Assembly (NCBI GenBank): GCA_963736005.1
Contig: CAVTNB010000001.1
Coordinates: forward strand, 1,760,001 to 1,824,000
Reading direction: 5' to 3'
Source: an uncultured Pseudomonadota bacterium
Lineage (GTDB): Bacteria; Vulcanimicrobiota; Vulcanimicrobiia; Eremiobacterales; Eremiobacteraceae
DNA length: 64,000 bases
Part shown: positions 44,807-54,288 of the stretch, piece by piece
How positions within the stretch are numbered: position 1 is the first letter of the stretch
How the letters are laid out: the number at the start of each line of letters is the position of its first letter
Notes under the pieces: generated by a model
The model's input: the letters and a program-made list of their open reading frames with translations, nothing else
The model's database searches: none
What the model was told of the DNA's origin: nothing
Position numbers and translations under genes: made by a program

Positions 44807-46152
44807 CTAGGATTCCATTTGTGAAATGCCGCCGCGCACTAAGCGGGTACCAGAGAGCCGTTCGTGGACCCACCATCCCGTGGCGACGCCGACGAACCAG
44901 GGAAGAATGGTGACCAGCGTGAGCGCAGCCAGCAGATAACGCCAGGCAGCGAGAAAAAATCCGGGCGTGAGCCGTTTGCCGCGAGCAACGCGTAAGTCGA
45001 AGATCATCATGCCGCAGGTTCGTCCGACGATGCCCACCATAAGAGCGCTGTAGAGCACGAAACCGCCGAACAGGGCGAATTCCAATCCTCCGATATCCAG
45101 CGCGGTCCTATGCGTGGCAAGAAAATGGCCAATTGCTGCGTTGTCAGGATCCGCACTCAGGTCGCCGATCGCAGCAGAAACGTCCGGATTTGACGAGGAT
45201 AAGCTGACGAGGGCCTTCCCGGAAAAGACGATCGCGCCGACAAGGATGAGGTCTACCACGAAGGCGAGCGAGCGCAGAAGGAAGCCCGCGGGAGCGACAG
45301 CACGCGGCAAGACTTCCAAAGGAGAAACCCCCGCAGCGGTACGCGCATTGAGTTCGTCTGCCCACCACCCAAAATTGTCGCTTCTGCAAACTGTTCAAGT
45401 TGCCGCAGACGGTTGACGGCATACGGAGTTTCGCCGAGCCATTCGCCCATAGCGAGCGATGGGTCGGCTTCAATCGCACGCCGCTGGTCGATAAAAGCGC
45501 GGAGATCGACGCGTCCCTTGAGCTCGCGAAACGTAGTCGCATAAATTGCACGCGTCGAGACCTCAAGCGAGCCGCAACAGAGCAGTCCGACGCGGTCAGC
45601 GGTATACTCCGTGCGACGAAGCCAAGCGCCAAAGATCAAAGCGACCAGCGGATTCTCGCGACCAGATGCCGAGAAGAGCGAGCTGACCCGCGTGTGCTCG
45701 GCAGCGATATGGGCAAGCTCGCAGCCTACGAGAAATGCAAGCTCATCATCATCGAGGTGACGGAGCCATTCGCTCGAGATGACGATGGCATACGGCTCGC
45801 CGAGACCCATAGCGGTGATCGGAACCAGGAAGTCTTCCCGAACGAAGACCAAAGGCATCCGCATGCCGAGCATCGCGCAGCAGCGATAGACGACCGAAGC
45901 GATTTCCGGAAAGTGCCGCTCGGTAACGCGCACGCTGGTGCCCAAAAGCCGGCCACGGGCTATCGTGACATAGACCATGGCAAGCACGATGATAAGTCCG
46001 ATTTCAGATAATCGAAATGGCGAGTGTAAGAATGAGGCCACTACCCCCGCCGTTATGGGCGCAAAGAGCAGCGTAATCCAAAAGGAGCGCCTTTCTGAGG
46101 GGTAGCGCAGCGAATGCGGACCTTTGAAAAGGTCGTGACCTGGTTGCGCCAT
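44807..46152 (-). CDS. M48-peptidase-like + RDD fusion membrane protein, split by a frameshift near 45380-45394
   Basis: M48-like ELAFLVGCELAH...EYTADR. The RDD frame (LLRSLAFVVD...GRTCGM...HERLSGT) is open from 45394 and continues naturally (SDNFGWWADELNAR). Confidence 0.7.
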
Positions 46153-46202
46153 ATCTGGATGTTTCTCCCACAGAGGCGTGGTGGCCCTCGCCGGGTTTCC
46201 TG

Positions 46203-46802
46203 TTAGGTTGTCGTCGAACCCGACGAGGTGCCGGAGCGGCTGCGCTGCCGCAGCGCCCGCAACCAGAAGAAGGCAAGGACCAAGAGCACGAGCACAAACA
46301 CTGCTGCAAGAGCTGCGGCGATATATGGATGCAAGAAAGCCAAGATTATTCCGCCGATTGCCGTCGCATCTTCGCCGAAGCTGATCGGTGCGTTCGCCGC
46401 TCCGAAGGTTCCCACAGTGGATGCGGCGCGCGCAGCAGCCGAGGAGCTATGCACGACCAAAGTGTTGAGCGCTCCCAGCGCCATGAGAGAGTACAGCGTG
46501 CCAGGGTTGTCGGGGTGAATCGTGCCGCCAACCAAAATGGCGCCGACCAGCGGTCGTACCGCAAACGAAACTGCATGCAACGCATGATCGACTGCCGGAA
46601 TCTTGTCGGCGACGATTTCCAGCAGTGCAAAGACCCCAAGCACAACGGTCGTTGTGTCGGATCCAAGCCAGGCAAAGCTGCCTGAAGGATGGATCCAATG
46701 ATAGTGTGCGGCAACCGAAGCGGCAAAGAGCGTGAGAAATCCACGCAGCCCGGCTGTGGTTGTGAGGGCATAGGCAAGGGCAAATTGACCGGACGTATCC
46801 AT
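46203..46802 (-). CDS. DUF4126 membrane protein
   Basis: AGLR, LEIVADKIPAVDH, SFGED. Confidence 0.85.
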   Translation of the reverse strand: MDTSGQFALAYALTTTAGLRGFLTLFAASVAAHYHWIHPSGSFAWLGSDTTTVVLGVFALLEIVADKIPAVDHALHAVSFAVRPLVGAILVGGTIHPDNPGTLYSLMALGALNTLVVHSSSAAARAASTVGTFGAANAPISFGEDATAIGGIILAFLHPYIAAALAAVFVLVLLVLAFFWLRALRQRSRSGTSSGSTTT

Positions 46803-46823
46803 GCTGCTCCATTATCATAGCAC

Positions 46824-46854
46824 AAAAAAACGGGCGGTCCAAAAACCGCCCGTT
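46824..46854 (-). terminator. Intrinsic terminator
   Basis: AACGGGCGGT/ACCGCCCGTT stem followed by a T run on the minus strand. Confidence 0.8.
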
Positions 46855-46875
46855 CCGAGGAACCGAGATCCCGAT

Positions 46876-47394
46876 TTAGTGAGACGTATCGTAGCGCAGA
46901 GCTAAGCTGAGCCGTTCTCTTGCCAACGCGAGCCGCTGCAGCGCGTCGACGCGGTGTCCACCATAGTCGCCCTGGTCGCGTTGCAGAACGTCCATGATGT
47001 TGTCAACGTTGTGACGCACGGCGGCGAGGTTGAGGTCGCTCGGACGACCCGAGCGAACGTAGTACATGTCTGCGTCCGGCCGCACAAAACCGGTAGGCGG
47101 GGGAACATCCTCGCGTCCGTTATCGTAGGCAAGCCCGAGCGAGATCTGGCTGCGGGCATCTTGCAGGGCTGCGATCGCGCTGGCGCGATAGCCGCCGTAA
47201 TCCCGCTGATCGCCCTGCAGCATGTCGATGTTCTGTTCGATTCTCGTGCGCGCCCAGCGCATGTTGCTGTCGCTGAAGCGGCCGGCCAGTCCCACCTGGT
47301 ACGAGCCCAAGGGCGAAGCGCTAGCCAGGCTGGCGAAGGCGAGCGCGATCAGGGCGCCGGAAAGAAGTGCTATGATATGAGTACGCCGTGTCAT
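46876..47394 (-). CDS. Secreted helical protein with two internal repeats
   Basis: Signal peptide; the unit SD.N....R......D.LQ.DQ.DYGG.R..A...L..AR...SL.L.YD occurs twice. Confidence 0.75.
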   Translation of the reverse strand: MTRRTHIIALLSGALIALAFASLASASPLGSYQVGLAGRFSDSNMRWARTRIEQNIDMLQGDQRDYGGYRASAIAALQDARSQISLGLAYDNGREDVPPPTGFVRPDADMYYVRSGRPSDLNLAAVRHNVDNIMDVLQRDQGDYGGHRVDALQRLALARERLSLALRYDTSH

Positions 47395-47417
47395 AAGAAT
47401 GAAAGCTCCTTTGATGG

Positions 47418-47442
47418 AGCGGACCTCAAGGTCCGCTGCTAC
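47418..47442 (-). repeat. GTAG-type REP (AGCGGACCT class)
   Basis: AGCGGACCT-ca-AGGTCCGCT-G-CTAC, near-identical to the copies at 8438 and 54264. Confidence 0.8.
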
Positions 47443-47524
47443 ATAATGACAACGGAACGCGCGGCGCCCGCGGTTCCGCGGGCGCATGAGCCAACGATGA
47501 GAAATGTCATGAAGTTCGAAAAAT

Positions 47525-47549
47525 GTCGTCTCGCGAATTTATTCGCGAG
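47525..47549 (+). repeat. REP-like hairpin (GCGAAT-tt-ATTCGC class)
   Basis: GTCG-T-CTCGCGAAT-tt-ATTCGCGAG. Confidence 0.55.
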
Positions 47550-47560
47550 CGATCGACCGC

Positions 47561-50500
47561 TTAATACTTCGCATTGAAGAAGAGCGTAAAGACGCGCGGC
47601 GTGCCGTTATTTTCTATCTCATACGGTCCTGGACCATAGTTGTATTGAAATGGTTCGCAGGCGAACGTGACCCCGGGTGCGCAGGCGTTGGGATTGACGC
47701 CCGACGGCAACCCATTGTTGCCGAAGCCATTGAACCCATAGTAAGGATTCGCGGGAATTCTCGATGGCGCATAATTACCAAAGAGGTTCTCAACTCGCAG
47801 ACCAACTTTGCTGTTCTTGGGTCCCGAACCCAGTGTGTGAGACAGGGTAAAATTAAAGAGCGTAATGGGCGGACCGCGCAGCGTTCCCGGATCGTCACCC
47901 TCCGGCGTGCCGCGAGAAGCAACAATCTTCGTTCCGGTACTGTCGGTCAGATAGTAGGCACCCGCCACGCCCGTGGCTGAATTGACATCGGTGTTGAGGA
48001 CCTGCTCCGGCTGGCCGTTAGGCCCAAAGATGAACGTCTTTTTTCCGACACCGTAGGGGTAGCCATACTCGTACGAGACCGTCGTCTCCGCGGTGAAACC
48101 GCTCACGTTTGTATAGACGAGGTTGAGCGTTCCAACCAGCGGCGTCACGTACGTGACGTGGAAGAAGTGGTTTGCGGCCAATGCCGCGCTGTTCACTGTG
48201 GGGAAGAAATCGCTATCGTAGTTGGCCAGCGTGTTGTCGTAGGTCGCATCGATAAGCCCCGAGACGCCGTACTGCACGTTGCGTTGCAGCGCAAATTCAA
48301 CGCCCGTGTTTTCGTTGACGCCTGCGTTTTCTTCTTTGGACGGACCAAAAACTGCGGTACCGCTGGGGAGCACGAAGAGCAGCTTTTGATTGCCAACGAC
48401 GTAATCGATCCCTTTCCGATAATACGGGGTGACGCGCAGCTCAACTCCGTTGCCAAAATCATGCGAGTACGAAAAATCGTAGTTGACGGCTCGTTGCGGA
48501 CGCACGGGGGTGTACTGGGCGAAGAAATTCGTCGTCAAGTCGAGCATGACTTGTTGATAGAGATTCCTGACGTCGTTGCATGGGGCATTGCCGTGTGCTG
48601 GGTCAGCTCCATTGACGCATGTCGGGCTAAAGCCGGGAAGTTTGACAAAACAGCCATTTGCGAGGCTGCAGCTCTGCAATGACGCCGGCGGCTGGTAGGT
48701 GGTCTCGATGTCGGACGTTGGAACGAACTCTATGTTTTTTCCGTAGGAGAATCGCATGACGTCTCGCGCACCGAGTTCGAAACTGAACGCCAGGCGCGGA
48801 CTGAGTTGAGAAGGCTGAGTCACGTCACTTCCGATGGGTTGGCCAGGCACGGTAACAAGCGTGCACGGAGGGGCCGCAGGAGGTGGCGGCCCCGCGACGG
48901 TGCTGCACCCGGCCGGTAGACTGTCGTCGATAAAATAGGTCGTATTCAACTGCGCGGCGTTGGCGGGGAGCGGCAGCGATTCTTTATCGTAGCGCAGGCC
49001 GAACGTGATCGTCATACGCTCTGAGGGCTGGAATTGGTCTTTCACGTAGACATCGTAGCGGTGCAGCGGGTCGTTCGAGTAGCCAGCATTGCTCACATAC
49101 GTGCTCAGGGGTGCGTGCGCCGGATCCGTTGGCAGCCCGAGGCCGGGAAACGCCAAGTTCAGCGCGTTGTTGAACGGCGCGATATAGCAGCCGCCGATGA
49201 AAGCGTTTGAGATGTACGCGGACGTCTCATTCGCCGCTGGAATCAGACCATTGGTAATCGCGTTGCCTATTTGCGGGCAACCCAAGTCTTCCAAGGGCTC
49301 GTAGGTGTTTTCGAAACTCGGGCTCAAAATGGAATAGCGGTTCTTGAAGTACTCGACGTCGGAACCGAAACTCAACTCGTGCTTGCTGCTGACCTGATTT
49401 GTGTAATCAAACGCCTCGCCGAGGTTGGTCGTCTGCAGGTCCTCGTAAAAGTCCGAAAACGATCCTACGTTGTAGGGATAGCGGAAGACGAGATTCTCGC
49501 TCGTGCGAAACACGCGTATTTCGCCGAAGCTTGATGCCGACAATTGCCGCTTGAAATTCAATTTGTCGATTGTCGAATTGAACGTTTGCGTGTCGTAGGT
49601 GCCGGTATTCTGACGATAGCCTACCTCACCCGGGTACAGCGTAAAGTAGTCGCTTTGCAAGGTCGACGGCGTCCCCGGCGGTGGGAGCCCAAGGCCGAAG
49701 GGATCGCTGCCGGCTTGGACGTTTCCGTTGTTCGAGGCGTACGGCGCATTGTATTGTCCGACCAGATACCCAAACGAGAACGTCTGGCCGCTAAGGTTGC
49801 TCAAGAACTGCACCTCGTTCTTGTTGCCTTCGCCAAAATGATAGAAGAGGTTAAGCACTTCGTCATTGAGCGTCGTGAAATCGGTGTTGGCCAACTGGAG
49901 TGGGTAGATGGTTCGCCGATCTCCGTAATCTGACGCGTCGCGCTGGCCGCCGTAGGAAAAATAATAGCTAAAGCGGTTGTTCGGCGTGGCGGAGCCGTAG
50001 TCGACGGACAGCTCGTGGCCGTACGTCGGGCCCGTCATGCGCGCAGTGGCTTCCCCTCCACCCGGATACGAACCGCGCGAAATAACTTCGTTGATCACTC
50101 CGGAATTCGTGTTGCCTTCGCTGACGTCGTAGCCGCCCGTGGAGAGCTGGACGCTGCGCGCTCCGTTGAGCGATACAGCGTTGAGAAACTGACCCGTCAC
50201 GGCATCCGTATTGTCGACGCCATCGAGTTCGTAACCCACGTCGTTTTCGGCGCCCGCCCTGATCACTGGGTAGCCAAAGTTGTCGGTCGTAACACCCGGC
50301 AGGGAGTTGAAAGCGGCGAAGCCGTTGAGATCTTGCGGCGTTCCATTGAGATCGGACAAGCGCTGTTGATTGATGACGTAGGTGTCAGCCGTGACCGTTG
50401 GCTGTACCAAAGAAACTGAGCTACGCACGGTCACGCGTCCGAGGGATTTGACGCTTGTCGTCGAGAGACGCACGTTCACGCGCCTGGTCTGGTCCTGCAC

Positions 50501-50797
50501 GATGGTCACGCCCGCAATAGACAGCGTCAAAAAGCCATCCTTCGAAACTGTGATCGTGTAGGTGTCCAGCGGGAGCCCGTTCACGGCGTAAAAACCGTTT
50601 GCCCCGGTGACCGTGCTTGCGTGTCCAGAGGGTGACGCCGCCGACACCGCGGCGCCGGCGATGGGATGGCCCGCTTCGTCGGTCACAAATCCCTGTATGC
50701 CGCCTGTCGTTCCAGCGAATACTCGCGCGCTCGCAAGCGTGATAAGAGCAATGCTGATAAACGCTGTAACAACAAAGCGGAATGAATCCTTTCGCAT
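47561..50797 (-). CDS. TonB-dependent receptor-like protein, paralog of 41548-44691
   Basis: Same architecture with long shared blocks (QPTVTADTYV, GAENDVGYELDGVDNT, DATYDNTLANYD). Confidence 0.8.
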   Translation of the reverse strand: MRKDSFRFVVTAFISIALITLASARVFAGTTGGIQGFVTDEAGHPIAGAAVSAASPSGHASTVTGANGFYAVNGLPLDTYTITVSKDGFLTLSIAGVTIVQDQTRRVNVRLSTTSVKSLGRVTVRSSVSLVQPTVTADTYVINQQRLSDLNGTPQDLNGFAAFNSLPGVTTDNFGYPVIRAGAENDVGYELDGVDNTDAVTGQFLNAVSLNGARSVQLSTGGYDVSEGNTNSGVINEVISRGSYPGGGEATARMTGPTYGHELSVDYGSATPNNRFSYYFSYGGQRDASDYGDRRTIYPLQLANTDFTTLNDEVLNLFYHFGEGNKNEVQFLSNLSGQTFSFGYLVGQYNAPYASNNGNVQAGSDPFGLGLPPPGTPSTLQSDYFTLYPGEVGYRQNTGTYDTQTFNSTIDKLNFKRQLSASSFGEIRVFRTSENLVFRYPYNVGSFSDFYEDLQTTNLGEAFDYTNQVSSKHELSFGSDVEYFKNRYSILSPSFENTYEPLEDLGCPQIGNAITNGLIPAANETSAYISNAFIGGCYIAPFNNALNLAFPGLGLPTDPAHAPLSTYVSNAGYSNDPLHRYDVYVKDQFQPSERMTITFGLRYDKESLPLPANAAQLNTTYFIDDSLPAGCSTVAGPPPPAAPPCTLVTVPGQPIGSDVTQPSQLSPRLAFSFELGARDVMRFSYGKNIEFVPTSDIETTYQPPASLQSCSLANGCFVKLPGFSPTCVNGADPAHGNAPCNDVRNLYQQVMLDLTTNFFAQYTPVRPQRAVNYDFSYSHDFGNGVELRVTPYYRKGIDYVVGNQKLLFVLPSGTAVFGPSKEENAGVNENTGVEFALQRNVQYGVSGLIDATYDNTLANYDSDFFPTVNSAALAANHFFHVTYVTPLVGTLNLVYTNVSGFTAETTVSYEYGYPYGVGKKTFIFGPNGQPEQVLNTDVNSATGVAGAYYLTDSTGTKIVASRGTPEGDDPGTLRGPPITLFNFTLSHTLGSGPKNSKVGLRVENLFGNYAPSRIPANPYYGFNGFGNNGLPSGVNPNACAPGVTFACEPFQYNYGPGPYEIENNGTPRVFTLFFNAKY

Positions 50798-50851
50798 GCG
50801 TTACCTCCCAGGCGCCTTCGTCGAGCGCGGAAAGTTCGTGGCCAGGTTTTG

Positions 50852-52945
50852 TTAATCTTGCTTTGTGGGTTTTGCGCGCAAGTATCGATCGAACCAGTCA
50901 ACCCAGCGACGATAGACGTCTTCGCTGGACACAGGATCACCCGGAAAGTGCTCGCTCGTTACATACGCAATGAATTGCACCGGCACACCGCGGTCTTTCA
51001 GCGCATGGTAGAGCTCGTACGAGTGCGTGATGGGAACCGTCGTGTCATAGATGCTCGCCATGATCAAGGTTGGAGTCGTGATATTCCATGCGTAGGTTAA
51101 AGGCGACTGGTTCACATACGCTTGATAGGCTGACTTTGACGACCACATCGCGCGTCCGTAAAAGAAGCGATCGAGGACGTTATAGTTGCTGATGGCGTAG
51201 TCGGGCACCAAATCAGTCGGCGCTGCGCCCGTGACGGCCGCCTTCCAGCGGTGATCCTGCGTGATGAGCCAAGCGGTCATGAGGCCGCCATAGGACCAAC
51301 CCGAGACACCGATCCTCGCCTGATCCACAATGCCGATTCGTTCGACGGCAGCGATGCCAGCGAGGATATCGCGCCCCGGACCCGCGACCGTATCTCCGAA
51401 AATTGCCGTTTCAAAAGCATTGCCCGCATTATCGCTGCCGCGATAGTTTGGTTCGAACACAAGGTAACCGTGCGCCGCAAACAGCTGCGTGAGCCCAGGG
51501 TAGTCTGTGTCGAACGCTTCCTGCGACGCATACTGCGGCCAGCCGTGAATCTGAAGGACCAGTGGGTACTTCTTGCCCGCAACAAAATCAGGCGGGTACG
51601 TCAGCACGCCATTTTCGCGAAAGCCATCTTGAGTCCACGTGATTTCTTGCACGGCGCCGAGGTGAAGCGAGGAGAAAAAGCTATTGTAGTCCGTGAGCCG
51701 CCGTACAGGCGCTGAGCCGGAGGTCAACAAGTAGAGCTCGGTCGGCCGTTGCGGCCCGGAAGCGAGAAACGCGATCGCACCGTTTTGGCTGACGCTCGCG
51801 CCACTTGCGCTCAAGTTTCCAAGGTCGAGGCGCTGCGTACTGCCATCGAGGCTGACCAGCCACATTCCCTCTCCCGTGCCATCATGCGCGAGGATGAGTA
51901 ACGAGAGATTGTTCGGCATCCAGCGCACAACCCAAGGTGAGCGGTCGAGTTTGCGCGTCACATCGAGCCCGTTTGGGCCGCGCGCTAAAGTGTCGGTAAC
52001 GAAGATGGCGCTGGCGTTGATGGCGTTGCCGGCGCTCGGATACCAGTACGCGAGCTTGGATCCGTCCGGCGAGGTATCACAACCCGCCTCGAGTCCGTCG
52101 TGGCTTGTGACCTTCTCGATGCGACTGCTGTCGTTTGTGGGTGCAGAAAGGTCGAGGACGCTTAAGGTCGCCTGATCCGCGTGCGCCATATACGCGTCGG
52201 GCATTCGCGTGAACGCGATGTGACGATCATCCGGGTACCAGCAAAAGAAGTTATTGGGCATGTGCTGGGGTTCGATGAGCGAGTTGAGATACGGCTGCGA
52301 GAACCCGAAGCTCCCCGAGGGGAGGCTAAAAGATCCGCTGGTCAGACGCTGGGATTGGGGATGCGCCGCCACGCTCACCAGCCACAAATGCGAGGGAAGC
52401 GGCGCGGCGGTCGTCAGATAGTCATTGTCGCCCACGACAAAATTGGTTCGGAATTTGGCAGCGCCGCTTCCACGTGCTGGCGGATCCGAACGGACGAATG
52501 CGATCGCCTTGCCATCGGGCCGCCACGCGAAATACTCAACGTCTTGCGACCCCCAGGTGAGCTGATGCAGTACGCCGCCCGTCGCCGAACTCGTGTAGAG
52601 TTGCATGACCCCGGCGGATTTGGCAGCCAAAAATGCAAGCGCCGTTCCATCCGGCGACCAGCGCACGCTCTCGATCTCATCGAAAGGCAGCGGAAGCGAG
52701 TGCCGCACCCCCGCCGCGACATCGACGATGTCGACATGGATGGAAACGGCATTGTGCTCGAAGTCGCTGACCCCCACGAGGAGAGCAACGTGCGAGCCGT
52801 CGGGGGAGATTTGCGGATCCGCCAAGATGACTTCGCGACGCAGATCCTGTAAGGACAGCATCCGCGCTTGCGTGGGCGCGACCGCGAGAAAAAGAAAAGC
52901 CGCCGCCAAAGCGGTGGCGCACAGCGCGAAGGTCCTCGAAAACAT
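50852..52945 (-). CDS. Secreted S9 family (prolyl oligo/acylaminoacyl) peptidase
   Basis: PD40-like propeller (WSPDG), YPLVLQIHGWP, PNYRGS, GWSYGG nucleophile. Confidence 0.92.
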   Translation of the reverse strand: MFSRTFALCATALAAAFLFLAVAPTQARMLSLQDLRREVILADPQISPDGSHVALLVGVSDFEHNAVSIHVDIVDVAAGVRHSLPLPFDEIESVRWSPDGTALAFLAAKSAGVMQLYTSSATGGVLHQLTWGSQDVEYFAWRPDGKAIAFVRSDPPARGSGAAKFRTNFVVGDNDYLTTAAPLPSHLWLVSVAAHPQSQRLTSGSFSLPSGSFGFSQPYLNSLIEPQHMPNNFFCWYPDDRHIAFTRMPDAYMAHADQATLSVLDLSAPTNDSSRIEKVTSHDGLEAGCDTSPDGSKLAYWYPSAGNAINASAIFVTDTLARGPNGLDVTRKLDRSPWVVRWMPNNLSLLILAHDGTGEGMWLVSLDGSTQRLDLGNLSASGASVSQNGAIAFLASGPQRPTELYLLTSGSAPVRRLTDYNSFFSSLHLGAVQEITWTQDGFRENGVLTYPPDFVAGKKYPLVLQIHGWPQYASQEAFDTDYPGLTQLFAAHGYLVFEPNYRGSDNAGNAFETAIFGDTVAGPGRDILAGIAAVERIGIVDQARIGVSGWSYGGLMTAWLITQDHRWKAAVTGAAPTDLVPDYAISNYNVLDRFFYGRAMWSSKSAYQAYVNQSPLTYAWNITTPTLIMASIYDTTVPITHSYELYHALKDRGVPVQFIAYVTSEHFPGDPVSSEDVYRRWVDWFDRYLRAKPTKQD

Positions 52946-52971
52946 CGATTGCCACTACGGTCGGCGAGCGG

Positions 52972-53376
52972 CTAGCGCCTGCAACAGACCTCGAATCGAT
53001 TGCCGTGCGGATCCTCAAAGAACACCGCGTAGTATGGCTGCGGGTACGATCGGCAGATCTGTGGACCTTCGATCCGGTGCGCGCCCGCCTGGCGCATCCT
53101 CGCGGCAATCCTGTACACTTCTTTGCGCGACGCAGCGCCGAAGGCAATGCGCGAGAGGCTGGGCGTACTTCGCCGAGCTTGCACGATCCAAAAAAAAGGC
53201 ATGCTCGGGTCCTCGTGATAGTACGAGCGGCTGCGCGTACCGCGGTGGATCTTGCGGAAGCCGAGCGCCGGCATCAACGCGTCGTAGAAACGGGCTACCG
53301 AAGCCACGTCGCGGACGCGAAAGTCAATGTGGTCGTAACAGCCTCCGGGATCCGGATTCAAATGCGTACGCCCCAA
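52972..53376 (-). CDS. VOC/glyoxalase family protein
   Basis: DHIDFRVRD, FYDAL, YYAVFFEDPHGNRFEV. Confidence 0.88.
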   Translation of the reverse strand: MGRTHLNPDPGGCYDHIDFRVRDVASVARFYDALMPALGFRKIHRGTRSRSYYHEDPSMPFFWIVQARRSTPSLSRIAFGAASRKEVYRIAARMRQAGAHRIEGPQICRSYPQPYYAVFFEDPHGNRFEVCCRR

Positions 53377-53492
53377 CCGCCGAACAACTCACTTGCGACT
53401 CCACGAGGGATATGCACGATGGTCGTTCGAGACTGAGAGAGGAGTTCGCCCTCGCCCTCGCTGACGATCGCAGCTTTTTCAACTAACATCAT
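53358..53492 (-). pseudogene. Possible internally deleted cupin remnant (44 aa)
   Basis: MMLVEKAAIVSEGEGELL...IVHIPRGV looks like the first and last motifs of a cupin with the middle missing. Confidence 0.3.
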
Positions 53493-53532
53493 TTTTGACT
53501 CGACTTTCCGCCCAAACTATGGCGATTGCGTG

Positions 53533-53655
53533 TAACCTGCCATCATAGTACACTAGTTATGGTAACTTGTCAAATACTTTTAACGGTTAGCAAAAACAGC
53601 ATACGTATCGGGACAGACCACTTGATAATAACCCCTATACTCATTATAATGGTTT
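53533..53655. promoter_or_regulatory. Divergent sigma70 promoters with three TAAC-N19-GTT(A/T) operator-like sites
   Basis: Minus-strand TTGACA-N17-TACTAT (53573-53545) and plus-strand TTGATA-N17-TATAAT (53622-53650). Sites at 53533-53559, 53563-53589 and 53629-53655. Confidence 0.7.
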
Positions 53656-53659
53656 CCAA

Positions 53660-54250
53660 ATGACACCAGTATCCCAAGCCGAACAACCAGAAACAGGGTC
53701 TCGAGAGCCAGCCCCCGGCGACTTGGCGGTCGTGCAAGCCTTCATCAATACCCGGGAACTCAACGCTCGCGGGGCGCTCGTGTTCGACGAACTTTCAAGC
53801 CCTAAAGCCCTCGAGCACTGGTTGTCCGGGCGCAAACTCCTCAGGGACCGGCGGCACTTGAGCCAGACCGACGTCACCCATGCCATTTCGGTACGAGAGG
53901 CCCTGCGAGATCTGCTCGCAGCCAATGAAGGCGAAAAGGTGGGCAAGGATGCGGTGGAGACCTTGAGCCGGGCTGCTCGCAGCGCGCAGTTGCTCGTCGA
54001 TTTTAAACCTGACGGCTCGGCAGAGCTGCAGCCTGCGGCGTCGGGCGTCGACGCGGCCTTAGGCGAACTCCTGGCGATCACGGTTCGATCGATGTTGGAC
54101 GGTTCGTGGCAGCGGATGAAAGCGTGCCACGACGACTCCTGCCGCTGGGCGTTTTACGACCGGTCGAAGAATAGTTCGAGCAACTGGTGCTCGATGCGCG
54201 TGTGCGGGAACCGCGCAAAGGCACGTAAGTTTCGCAAGCGACACGCGTAG
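53660..54250 (+). CDS. CGNR zinc-finger / ABATE (DUF1470) putative transcription factor
   Basis: FINT...LREALR, C-x4-C...FYDRSKN...WCSMRVCGNRAK. Confidence 0.92.
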   Translation: MTPVSQAEQPETGSREPAPGDLAVVQAFINTRELNARGALVFDELSSPKALEHWLSGRKLLRDRRHLSQTDVTHAISVREALRDLLAANEGEKVGKDAVETLSRAARSAQLLVDFKPDGSAELQPAASGVDAALGELLAITVRSMLDGSWQRMKACHDDSCRWAFYDRSKNSSSNWCSMRVCGNRAKARKFRKRHA

Positions 54251-54263
54251 CGTTTGATTCGAA

Positions 54264-54288
54264 AGCGGACCTAAAGGTCCGCTGCTAC
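54264..54288 (-). repeat. GTAG-type REP (AGCGGACCT class)
   Basis: Identical to 8438-8462; its TAG is the stop codon of the PLP enzyme gene. Confidence 0.8.

Noticed and set aside
47464..47485. Perfect 10-bp GC hairpin (GCGCCCGCGG-tt-CCGCGGGCGC)
   Set aside because: Single copy, with no GTAG and no T-tract; no function can be assigned.
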